Below are positions 28,901-41,830 of a stretch of DNA of 64,000 bases, piece after piece. The DNA comes from the human T2T-CHM13v2.0 reference genome, Homo sapiens. The stretch lies in assembly GCF_009914755.1 (NCBI RefSeq), contig NC_060933.1; one strand, 5' to 3'. The position numbers and the translations under genes are program-made. Position 1 is the first letter of the stretch. Every line of letters starts with the position of its first letter. The notes under the pieces are model-generated. The model did no database searches. It was not told where the DNA came from and saw nothing but the letters and a program-made list of their open reading frames with translations.

Positions 28901-31259
28901 CATTCCATTCCATTCCATTCCATTCCTTTCCATTCCATTACGGATGATTCCATTCCATTGCATTCCATTCCATTCCATTCCCCTGAACTCGGGTTGATTC
29001 CATTCCATTCCATTCCAATCCATGCCATTCCACTCGTGTTGATTCCATTCTTTCCATTCCATTCAAGTTGAATCCATTCCATTGCATTCCATTCCATTCG
29101 ATTCCATTCGATTGCACTCGGGTTGATTCCATTCCATTGCATTCCATTCCATTCCATTCCATTCCATTCCATTCCGTTCCATTCCATTCCATTACATTCG
29201 GATTGATTCTATTCAACTCCCTTACTCTCCATTACATTCCATTCCATTCGAGTTGTTCCATTCCATTCCATTCCATTCAACTCCATTCCATTGCACTCGG
29301 GTTGATTCCATTCCATTCCATTCCATTCCATTCCATTCCATTCCATTCCAGAAGATTCCATTCCATAGCATTCCATTCCATTCCATTCCCCTGCACTCGC
29401 GTTGATTCCATTCCATTCCATTCTATTCCATTCCATTCCCTTCCTTTCCGTACCATTCCATTCCATTCCATTCCATTCCATTCCGTTCCGTTCCATTCCA
29501 TTCCATTCCATTCTATTCGGGTTAATTCCATTCCATTCAATTCGATTGCAATCGAGTTGATTCCATTCCATTCCATTCCATTCCATTCCTTTCCATTCCA
29601 TTACGGATGATTCCATTCCATTGCATTCCATCCCATTCCATTCCCCTGTACTCGGGTTGATTCCATTCCATTCCATTCCAATCCATGCCATTCCACTCGT
29701 GTTGATTCCATTCTTTCCATTCCATTCAAGTTGAATCCATTCCATTGCATTCCATTCCATTCGATTCCATTCGATTGCACTCGGGTTGATTCCATTCCAT
29801 TGCATTCCATTCCATTCCATTCCATTCCATTCCATTCCGTTCCATTCCATTTCATTACATTCAGATTGATTCTATTCAATTCCCTTACACTCCATTATAT
29901 TCCAATCCATTCTGGTTGTCTCCATTCCATTCCATTCCATTTCACTCCATTCCATTGCACTCGGGTTGATTCCATTCCATTCCATTCCATTGCATTCCAT
30001 TCCATTCCATTCCGGATGATTCCATTCCATTGCATTCCGTTCCATTCCATTCCCCTGCACTCGGGTTGAATCCATTCCATTCCATTCCATTACATTCCGT
30101 TAAATTCCATTCCATTCCATTCCATTCGGTTTGATTCTATTCAATTCCCTTACACTCCATTACATTCCATTCCATTCTGGTAGATTCCATTCCATTCCAT
30201 TCCATTCGGGTAGTTTCCATTCCATTCCATTCCATTCCTCTCCATTACATTGCACTCGGGTTGATTCCATTCCATTCCATTCCATTCCATTCCATTCCAT
30301 TACATTAAATTACATTCCGTTCCATTGTACTCGGGTTGATTCCATTCCATTGCATTCCATTCCATTCCATTCCATTCCATTCCATTCCATTCCATTCCAT
30401 TCCATTCCATTCCATTCGGATTGATTCTATTCAACTCCCTTACTCTCCATTACATTCCATTCCATTCGGGTTGTTCCATTCCATTCCATTCCATTCCACT
30501 CCATTCCATTGCACTCGGGTTGATTCCATTCCATTCCATTCCATTCCATTCCATTCCATTCCATTCCATTCCGGATGATTCCATTCCATTGCATTCCGTT
30601 CCATTACATTCCCCTGCACTCGGGTTGATTCCATTCCATTCCATTCCATTCCATTCGATTCCATTCCATTCCAATTCTTTCCAGTCCATTCTATTTCGTA
30701 ACATTCCATTCCATTCAATACAATTCCATTCCATTCCATTCCACTCCGTTCCGTTCCGTTCCGTTCCGTTCCATTCCATTCCATTCTATTCGGTTTAATT
30801 CCATTCCATTCCATTCCATTCCATTCTATTCCATTCCATTGTAATCGAGTTGAATCCATTGCATTCCATTCCATTCCATTCCATTCCATTCCATTCCGGA
30901 AGATTCCATTCCATTGCATTCCATTCCATTCCATTCCATTCCATTCCATTCCATTCCATTGTACTCGTGTTGATTCCATTCCATTGCATTCCATTCCATT
31001 CCATTCCATTCCATTCCATTCCTTTCCATTCCATTCCATTACATTCGGATTGATTCTTTTCAACTCCCTTACTCTCCATTACATTCCATTCCATTCGGGT
31101 TGTTCCATTCCATTCCATTCCATTCCACTCCATTCCATTGCACTCGGGTTGATTCCATTCCATTCCATTCCATTCCATTCCATTCCGGATGATTCCATTC
31201 CATTGCATTCCGCTCCAATACATTCCCCTGCACTCGGGTTGATTCCATTCCATTCCATT

Positions 31260-34200
31260 CCATTCCATTCGATTCCATTCGATTCCCCTGCCCTCACGTG
31301 GATTCCATTCCATTCCATTCCATTCCATTCCATTCCATTCCATTCCATTCCTTTCCGTTCCATTCCATTCCATTCCATTCCATTCCGTTCCGTTCCATTC
31401 CATTCCATTCCATTCTATTCGGGTTAATTCCATTCCATTCCATTCGATTGCAATCGAGTTGATTCCATTCCATTCCATTCCATTCCATTCCATTCCATTC
31501 CTTTCCATTCCATTACGGATGATTACATTCCATTGCATTTCATTCCATTCCATTCCCCTGTACTCGGGTTGATTCCATTCCATTCCATTCCAATCCATGC
31601 CATTCCACTCGCGTTGATCCAATTCTTCACTTTCCATTCAAGTTGAATCCATTCCATTGCATTCCATTCCATTCGACTACATTCGATTGCACTCGGGTTG
31701 ATTCCATTACATTGCATTCCATTCCATTCCATTCCATTACATTCCATTCCGTTCCATTGCATTTCATTACATTCTGATTGATTCTATTCAATTCCCTTAC
31801 ACTCCGTTATATTCCAATCCATTCTGGTTGTTTCTATTCCATTCCATTCCATTTCACTCCATTCCATTGCACTCGGGTTGATTCCATTCCATTCCATTCC
31901 ATTCCATTCCGTATGATTCCATTCCATTGCATTCCATTCCATTCAATTCCCCTGCACTCGGGTTGATTCCATTCCATTCCATTACATTACATTCCGTTCC
32001 ATTACATTCCATTCCATTCGGATTGATTCTATTCAATTCACTAACACTTCATTACATTCCATTCCATTCGGGTAGTTTCCATTCCATTGCATTCCATTCC
32101 TCTCTATTCCATTGCACTCGGGTTGATTCCATTCCATTCCATTCCATTCCATTCCATTCAATTCCATTCCATTCCATTCCTTTCCTTTCCATTCCATTCC
32201 AATGTACTCGGGTTGACTCCATTCCATTGCATTCCATTCCATTCCATTCCATTCCATTCCGTTCCATTCCATTCCATTACATTCGGATTGATTCTATTCA
32301 ACTCCCTTACTCTCCATTACATTCGATTCCATTCGGGTTGTTCCATTCCATTCCATTCCATTCCACTCCATTCCATTGCACTCGGGTTTATTCCATTCCA
32401 TTCCATTCCATTCCGGAAAATTCCATTCCATTGCATTCCATTACATTCCATTCCCCTGCACTCGCGTTGATTCCATTCCATTCCATTCCATTCCATTCCA
32501 TTCCATTCCATTCCATTCCATTCCTTTCCGTTCCATTCCATTCCATTCCATTCCATTCCATTCCATTCCGTTCCGTTCTGTTCCATTCCATTCCTTTCCA
32601 TTCTATTCGGGTTAATTCCATTCCATTCCATTCGATTGCAATCGAGTTGATTCCATTCCATTCCATTCCATTCCATTCCATTCCATTCCATTCCATTCCA
32701 TTCCTTTCCGTTCCATTACGGATGATTCCATTCCATTGCATTCCATTCCATTCCATTCCCCTGTACTCGGGTTGATTCCATTCCATTCCATTCCAATCCA
32801 TGCCATTCCACTCGTGTTGATTCCATTCTTTCCATTCCATTCAAGTTGAATCCATTCCATTGCATTCCATTCCATTCGATTCCATTTGATTGCACTCTGG
32901 TTGATTCCATTCCATTGCATTCTATTCCATTCCATTTCATTCCATTCCATTACATTTCATTCCATTCCATTCCATTTCATTCCATTCCATTCCTTTCCAT
33001 TCCATTCCATTCCATTCCATTCCATTCCATTGCAATCGAGTTGATTCCTTTCCATTCCTTTCCATTCCATTCCATTGCCTTGCATTCCACTCGGGTTGAT
33101 TCCATTCCCTTCTTTCCACTCCATTATATTCCCTTCCATTCCACTCGGAATGATTGATTCCATTCCATTCCATTCCATTTCATTCCATTGCAATCCATTC
33201 CAATCCATTCCATTCCATTCCATTCCACTCGAGTTGATTTCATTCCATTCCTTTCCATTCCATTCCATTCCTTTCCATTCGAGTTGATTCCATTCCATTC
33301 CATTCCATTGCATTCCATTCCATGCCATTCCACTCGGGTTGATTCCATTCCATTCCATTCCATTCCATTGCATTCCATTCCATTCCATTCCCCTGAAATC
33401 GGGTTGATTCCATTCCATTCCATTCCATTTAATTCCATTCCATTCCATTCCATTCCATTCCATTCCAATCCGTTCCATTCCATTCCATTCCATTGCAATC
33501 GTCTTGATTCCATTCCATTCCATTCCATTCCATTCCATTCCATTCCATTCCATTCCATTCCATTTTGTTCCAATCCATTCTATTCTGAACCATTCCATTC
33601 CATTCCATTCCATTCCATTCCATTCCATTCCATTCCATGCCATTCCACTCGGGTTGATTCCATTCCTTTCCACTCCATTCGGGTTGAATTCATTCCACTC
33701 CATTCCATTCCATTCGAATCCATTCCATTGCACTCCGGTTGATTCAATTCCATTCCATTCCATTCGATTCCATTCCATTCCATTACATTCCGTTCCATTC
33801 CATTTCATTACATTCAGATTGATTCTATGCAATTCCCTTACACTCCATTATATTCCAATCCATTCTGGTTGTTTCCATTCCATTCCATTCCATTTCACTC
33901 CATTCCATTGCACTCGGTTTGATTCCATTCCATTCCATTCCATTCCATTCCGGATGATTCCATTCCATTGCATTCCATTCCATTCCATTCCCCTGCACTC
34001 AGGTTGATTCCATTCCATTCCATTCCACTCCATTCGGTTCCGTTCCATTCCATTCTATTGCATTCCATTCTATTCGGGTTAATTCCATTCCATTCTATTC
34101 CATTCCATTCCATTCCATTCCATTGCAATGGAGTTGATTCCATTCCATTCCATTCCATTCCGGATGATTCCATTCCATTGCATTCCATTCCATTCCATTC

Positions 34201-34300
34201 CCCTGCACTCGTGTTGATTCCATTCCCTTCCATTCCATTCCATTCCGTTCCATTCCATTGTATTCCATTCTATTCCGGTTAATTCCATTCCATTCCATTC
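31260..34300. repeat. ~3-kb segment paralogous to ~36140-38985 (offset ~4.8 kb) and ~48975-51900
   Basis: Shared CCGTATGATT (31909/36784/49628), CTAACACTTCATT (32041/36916/49760), GGGTTGACTCC and the CTGAACC module. ORF sets 31854/36729/49573 and 33848/38628. Confidence 0.85.
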
Positions 34301-37300
34301 CATTCCATTCCATTCCATTCCATTCCTTTGCAATCGAGTTGATTCCATTCCATTCCTTTCCATTCCATTCCATTGCCTTGCATTCCAATCGGGTTGATTC
34401 CATTCCCTTCTTTCCAATCCATTACATTCCCTTCCATTCCACTCGAAATGATTGATTCCATTCCATTCCACTCCATTTCATTCCATTGCAATCAATTCCA
34501 ATCCATTCCATTCCATTCCATTCCACTCGAGTTGATTTCATTCCATTCCTTTCCATTCCTTTCCATTCCTTTCCACTCGAGTTGATTCCATTCTATTCCA
34601 TTCCATTGCATTCCATTCCATGCCATTCCACTCGGGTTGATTCCATTCCTTTCCATTCCATTCCATTCCATTCCATTCCATTCCATTCCATTCCGTTGCA
34701 TTCCATTCCATTACTTTCTGATTGATTCTATTCAACTCCCTTACTCTCCATTACATTCCATTCCATTCGGGTTGTTCCATTCCATTCCTTTCCATTCCAC
34801 TCCATTCCATTGCACTCGGGTTCATTCCATTCCATTCCATTCCATTCCATTCCATTCCGGATGATTCCATTCCATTGCATTCCGTTCCATTACATTCCCC
34901 TGCACTCGCGTTGATTCCATTCCATTCCATTCCATTCCATTCAATTCCATTCCATTACAATTCGTTCCATTCCATTCTATTCCGTACCATTCCATTCCAT
35001 TCCATACCATTCCATTCCATTCCATTCCATTCCATTCCATTCCATTCCGTTCCGTTCCATTCCGTTCCATTCCATTCCATTCCATTCTATTTGGGTTAAT
35101 TCCATTCCATTCCATTCCATTCCATTCTATTCCATTCCATTGCAATCGAGTTGAATCCATTGCATTTCATTCCATTCCATTCCATTCCATTCCATTCCGG
35201 AAGATTCCATTCCATTGCATTCCATTCCATTCCATTCCCCTGCACTCGCGTTGATTCCATTCCATTCCATTCCATTCCATTCCATTCCATTCCATTTCTT
35301 TCCGTTCCTTTCCATTCCATACCATTCCATTCCATTCCATTCCATTCCGTTCCGTTCCATTCCATTCCATTCCATTCTATTCGGGTTAATTCCATTCCAT
35401 TCCATTCGATTGCAATCTAGTTGATTCCATTCCATTCCATTCCATTCCATTCCATTCCTTTCCGTTCCATTACGGATGATTCCATTCCATTGCATTCCAT
35501 TCCATTCCATTCCCCTGTACTCGGGTTGATTCCATTCCATTCCATTCCAATCCATGCCATTCCACTCGTGTTGATTCCATTCTTTCCATTCCATTCAAGT
35601 TGAATCCATTCCATTGCATTCCATTCCATTGGATTCCATTCGATTGCACTCGGGTTGATTCCATTCCATTGCATTCCATTCCATTCCATTCCATTCCATT
35701 CCATTCCGTTCCATTCCATTCCATTACATTCGGATTGATTCTATTCAACTCCCTTACTCTGCATTACATTCCATTCCATTCGGGTTGTTCCATTCCATTC
35801 CATTCCATTCAACTCCATTCCATTGCACTCGGGTTGATTCCATTCCATTCCATTCCATTCCATTCCATTCCGGAAGATTGCATTCCATAGCATTCCATTC
35901 CATTCCATTCCCCTGCACTCGCGTTGATTCCATTCCATTCCATTCTATTCCATTCCATTCCCTTCCTTTCCGTACCATTCCATTCCATTCCATTCCATTC
36001 CATTCCGTTCCGTTCCATTCCATTCCATTCCATTCTATTCGGGTTAATTCCATTCCATTCAATTCGATTGCAATCGAGTTGATTCCATTCCATTCCATTC
36101 CATTCCATTCCATTCCATTCCATTCCCGATGATTCCATTCCATTCCATTCGATTCCATTCGATTCCCCTGCACTCGCGTGGATTCCATTCCATTCCATTC
36201 CATTCCATTCCATTCCATTCCTTTCTGTTCCATTCCATTCCATTCCATTCCATTCCGTTCCGTTCCATTCCATTCCATTCCATTCTATTCGGGTTAATTC
36301 CATTCCATTCCATTCGATTGCAATCGAGTTGATTCCATTCCATTCCATTCCATTCCATTCCATTCCATTCCATTCCTTTCCTTTCCATTACGGATGATTA
36401 CATTCCATTGCATTCCATTCCATTCCATTCCCCTGTACTCGGGTTGATTCCATTCCATTCCATTCCAATCCATGCCATTCCACTCGCGTTGATTCCATTC
36501 TTTACTTTCCATTCAAGTTGAATCCATTCCATTGCATTCCATTCCATTCGATTACATTCGATTGCACTCGGGTTGATTCCATTACATTGCATTCCATTCC
36601 ATTCCATTCCATTTCATTCCATTCCGTTCCATTGCATTTCATTACATTCAGATTGATTCTATTCAATTCCCTTACACTCCGTTATATTCCAATCCATTCT
36701 GGTTGTTTCTATTACATTCCATTCCATTTCACTCCATTCCATTGCACTCGGGTTGATTCCATTCCATTCCATTCCATTCCATTCCGTATGATTCCATTCC
36801 ATTGCATTCCATTCCATTCAATTCCCCTGCACTCGGGTTGATTCCATTCCATTCCATTACATTACATTCCGTTCCATTACATTCCATTCCATTCGGATTG
36901 ATTCTATTCAATTCCCTAACACTTCATTACATTCCATTCCATTCGGGTAGTTTCCATTCCATTCCATTCCATTCCTCTCTATTCCATTGCACTCGGGTTG
37001 ATTCCATTGCATTCCATTCCATTCCATTCCATTCCATTCCATTCCTTTCCATTCCATTCCATTCCATTGTACTCGGGTTGACTCCATTCCATTGCATTCC
37101 ATTCCATTCCATTCCATTCCATTCCGTTCCATTCCATTCCATTACATTCGGATTGATTGTATTCAACTCCCTTACTCTCCATTACATTCGATTCCATTCG
37201 GGTTGTTCCATTCCATTCCATTCCATTCCACTCCATTCCATTGCACTCGGGTTTATTCCATTCCATTCCATTCCATTCCGGAAGATTCCATTCCATTGCA

Positions 37301-38146
37301 TTCCATTACATTCCATTCCCCTGCATTCGCGTTGATTCCATTCCATTCCATTCCATTCCATTCCATTCCATTCCATTCCATTCCATTCCGTTCCGTTCTG
37401 TTCCATTCCATTCCATTCCATTCTATTCGGGTTAATTCCATTCCATTCCTTTCGATTGCAATCGAGTTGATTCCATTCCATTCCATTCCATTCCATTCCA
37501 TTCCATTCCTTTCCATTCCATTACGGATGATTCCATTCCATTGCATTCCATTCCTTTCCATTCCCCTGTACTCGGGTTGATTCCATTCCATTCCATTCCA
37601 ATCCATGCCATTCCACTCGTGTTGATTCCATTCTTTCCATTCCATTCAAGTTGAATCCATTCCATTGCATTCCATTCCATTCGATTATATTCGATTGCAC
37701 TCTGGTTGATTCCATTAAATTGCATTCCATTCCATTCCATTTCATTCCATTCCTTTCCATTTCGTTCCATTCCATTCCTTTCCATTCCCTTCCATTCCAT
37801 TCCATTCCATTCCGTTGCAATCGAGTTGATTCCTTTCCATTCCTTTCCATTCCATTCCATTGCCTTGCATTCCACTCGGGTTGATTCCATTCCCTTCTTT
37901 CCACTCCATTATATTCCCTTCCATTCCACTCGGAATGATTGATTCCATTCCATTCCATTCCATTCCATTTCATTCCATTGCAATCCATTCCAATCCATTC
38001 CATTCCATTCCATTCCACTCGAGTTGATTTCATTCCATTCCTTTCCATTCCATTCCATTCCTTTCCACTCGAGTTGATTCCACTCCATTCCATTCCATTG
38101 CATTCCATTCCATGCCATTCCACTCGGGTTGATTCCATTCCATTCC

Positions 38147-39785
38147 ATTCCATTCCATTGCATTCCATTCCATTCCATTCCCCTGAAATCGGGTTGATTC
38201 CATTCCATTCCATTCCATTTAATTCCATTCCATTCCATTCCATTCCATTCCATTCCAATCCGTTCCATTCCATTCCATTCCATTGCAATCGTCTTGATTC
38301 CATTCCATTCCATTCCATTCCATTCCATTCCATTCCATTCCATTCCATTTTGTTCCAATCCATTCTATTCTGAACCATTCCATTCCATTCCATTCCATTC
38401 CATTCCATTCCATTCCATGCCATTCCACTCGGGTTGATTCCATTCCTTTCCACTCCATTCGGGTTGAATCCATTCCACTCCATTCCATTCCATTCGAATC
38501 CATTCCATTGCACTCCGGTTGATTCAATTCCATTCCATTCCATTCGATTCCATTCCATTCCATTCCATTCCGTTCCATTCCATTTCATTACATTCAGATT
38601 GATTCTATGCAATTCCCTTACACTCCATTATATTCCAATCCATTCTGGTTGTTTCCATTCCATTCCATTCCATTTCACTCCATTCCATTGCACTCGGTTT
38701 GATTCCATTCCATTCCATTCCATTCCATTCCGGATGATTCCATTCCATTGCATTCCATTCCATTCCATTCCCCTGCACTCAGGTTGATTCCATTCCATTC
38801 CATTCCACTCCATTCGGTTCCGTTCCATTCCATTCTATTGCATTCCATTCTATTCGGGTTAATTCCATTCCATTCTATTCCATTCCACTCCATTCAATTC
38901 CATTGCAATGGAGTTGATTCCATTCCATTCCATTCCATTCCGGATGATTCCATTCCATTGCATTCCATTCCATTCCATTCCCCTGAAATCGGGTTGATTC
39001 CATTCCATTCCATTCCATTTAATTCCATTCCATTCCATTCCATTCCATTCCATTCCAATCCGTTCCATTCCATTCCATTCCATTGCAATCGTCTTGATTC
39101 CATTCCATTCCATTCCATTCCATTCCATTCCATTCCATTCCATTCCATTTTGTTCCAATCCATTCTATTCTGAACCATTCCATTCCATTCCATTCCATTC
39201 CATTCCATTCCATTCCATGCCATTCCACTCGGGTTGATTCCATTCCTTTCCACTCCATTCGGGTTGAATCCATTCCACTCCATTCCATTCCATTCGAATC
39301 CATTCCATTGCACTCCGGTTGATTCAATTCCATTCCATTCCATTCGATTCCATTCCATTCCATTCCATTCCGTTCCATTCCATTTCATTACATTCAGATT
39401 GATTCTATGCAATTCCCTTACACTCCATTATATTCCAATCCATTCTGGTTGTTTCCATTCCATTCCATTCCATTTCACTCCATTCCATTGCACTCGGTTT
39501 GATTCCATTCCATTCCATTCCATTCCATTCCGGATGATTCCATTCCATTGCATTCCATTCCATTCCATTCCCCTGCACTCAGGTTGATTCCATTCCATTC
39601 CATTCCACTCCATTCGGTTCCGTTCCATTCCATTCTATTGCATTCCATTCTATTCGGGTTAATTCCATTCCATTCTATTCCATTCCACTCCATTCAATTC
39701 CATTGCAATGGAGTTGATTCCATTCCATTCCATTCCATTCCGGATGATTCCATTCCATTGCATTCCATTCCATTCCATTCCCCTG
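38147..39785. repeat. 800-bp tandem duplication, apparently perfect
   Basis: CCCTGAAATC at 38181 and 38981. ORFs 38434/39234, 38628/39428 and 38675/39475 have identical translations at exactly +800. No mismatch seen by eye. Confidence 0.95.
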
Positions 39786-41649
39786 CACTCGTGTTGATTC
39801 CATTCCCTTCCATTCCATTCCATTCCGTTCCATTCCATTGCATTCCATTCTATTCCGGTTAATTCCATTCCATTCCATTCCATTCCATTCCATTCCATTC
39901 CATTCCATTCCATTCCATTGCATTCCATTCCATTGCAATCGAGTTGAATCCATTGCATTTCATTCCATTCCATTCCATTCCATTCCATTCCGGAAGATTC
40001 CATTCCTTTGCATTCCATTCCATTCCATTCCCCTGCACTCGCGTTGATTCCATTCCATTCCATTCCATTCCATTCCATTCCATTCCTTTCCGTTCCTTTC
40101 CATTCCATTCCATTCCATTCCATTCCATTCCGTTCCGTTCCGTTCCATTCCATTCCATTCCATTCTATTCGGGTTAATTCCATTCCATTCCATTCGATTG
40201 CAATCGTGTTGATTCCATTCCATTCCATTCCATTCCATTCCATTCCTTTCCATTCCATTACGGATGATTCCATTCCATTGTATTCCATTCCATTCCATTC
40301 CCCTGTACTCGGGTTGATTCCATTCCATTCCATTCCAATCCATGCTATTCCACTCGTGTTGATTCCATTCTTTCCATTCCATTCAAGTTGAATCCATTCC
40401 ATTGCATTCCATTCCATTCGATTCCATTCGATTGCACTCGGGTTGATTCCATTCCATTGCATTCCATTCCATTCCATTCCATTCCATTCCATTCCATTCC
40501 ATTACATTCGGATTGATTCTATTCAATTCCCTTACACTCCATTACATTCCATTCCATTCGGGTAGTTTCCATTCCATTCCATTCCATTCCTCTCCATTCC
40601 ATTGCACTCGGGTTGATTCCATTCCGTTGCATTCCATTCCATTCCATTCAATTCCATTCCGTTCCATTCCATTACATTCGGATTGATTCTATTCAACTCC
40701 CTTACTCTCCATTTCATTCCATTCCATTCGGGTTGTTCCAATGCATTCCATTCCATTCCACTCCATTCCATTGCACTCGGGTTGATTCCATTCCATTCCA
40801 TTCCATTCCATTGCATTCCATTCCATTCCGGAAGATTCCATTCCATTGCATTCCATTCCATTCCATTCCCCTGCACTCGCGTAGATTCCATTCCATTCCA
40901 TTCCATTCCATTCCATTCTATTCCATTCCATTGCAATCGAGTTGAATCCATTGCATTTCATTCCATTCCATTCCATTTCATTCCATTCCGAAAGATTCCA
41001 TTCCATTGCATTCCATTCCATTCCATTCCCCTGCACTCGCGTTGATTCCATTCCATTCCATTCCATTCCATTCCATTCCATTCCGTTCCATTCCGTTCCA
41101 TTCCGTTCCGTTCCATTCCATTCCATTCCGTTCCATTCCATTCCATTCCATTCCATTCTATTCGGGTTAATTCCATTCCATTAAATTCGATTGCAATCGA
41201 GTTGATTCCATTCCATTCCATTCCATTCCATTCCATTACATTCCTTTCCATTCCATTACGGATGATTCCATTCCATTGCATTCCATTCCATTCCATTCCC
41301 CTGTACTCGGGTTGATTCCATTCCATTCCATTCCAATCCATGCCATTCCACTCGTGTTGATTCCATTCTTTCCATTCCATTCAAGTTGAATCCATTCCAT
41401 TGCATTCCATTCCATTCGATTCCATTCGATTGCACTCGGGTTGATTCCATTCCATTGCATTCCATTCCATTCCATTCCATTCCATTCCATTCCATTCCGT
41501 TCCATTCCATTTCATTACATTCAGATTGATTCTATTCAATTCCCTTACACTCCATTGTATTCCAATCCATTCTGGTTGTCTCCATTCCATTCCATTCCAT
41601 TTCACTCCATTCCATTGCACTCGGGTTGATTCCATTCCATTCCATTCCA

Positions 41650-41830
41650 TTGCATTCCATTCCATTCCATTCCGGATGATTCCATTCCATTGCATTCCAT
41701 TCCATTCCATTCCCCTGCACTCGGGTTGATTCCATTCCATTCCATTCCATTCCATTCCGGATGATTCCATTCCATTGCATTCCATTCCATTCCAATCCCC
41801 TGCACTCGGGTTGATTCCATTCCATTCCAC
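41650..41830. repeat. 85-bp tandem duplication (also at ~54650-54825 and ~62300-62475)
   Basis: TCCGGATGATTCCATTCCATTGC...CCCCTGCACTCGGGTTGATTCC starts at 41671 and 41756. Confidence 0.75.

Noticed and set aside
33740-33750. TGATTCAATTC as a DUX4 site
   Set aside because: It mismatches the conserved terminal base of the DUX4 consensus (TGATT..RTTA), and such near-matches are expected by chance in this composition.
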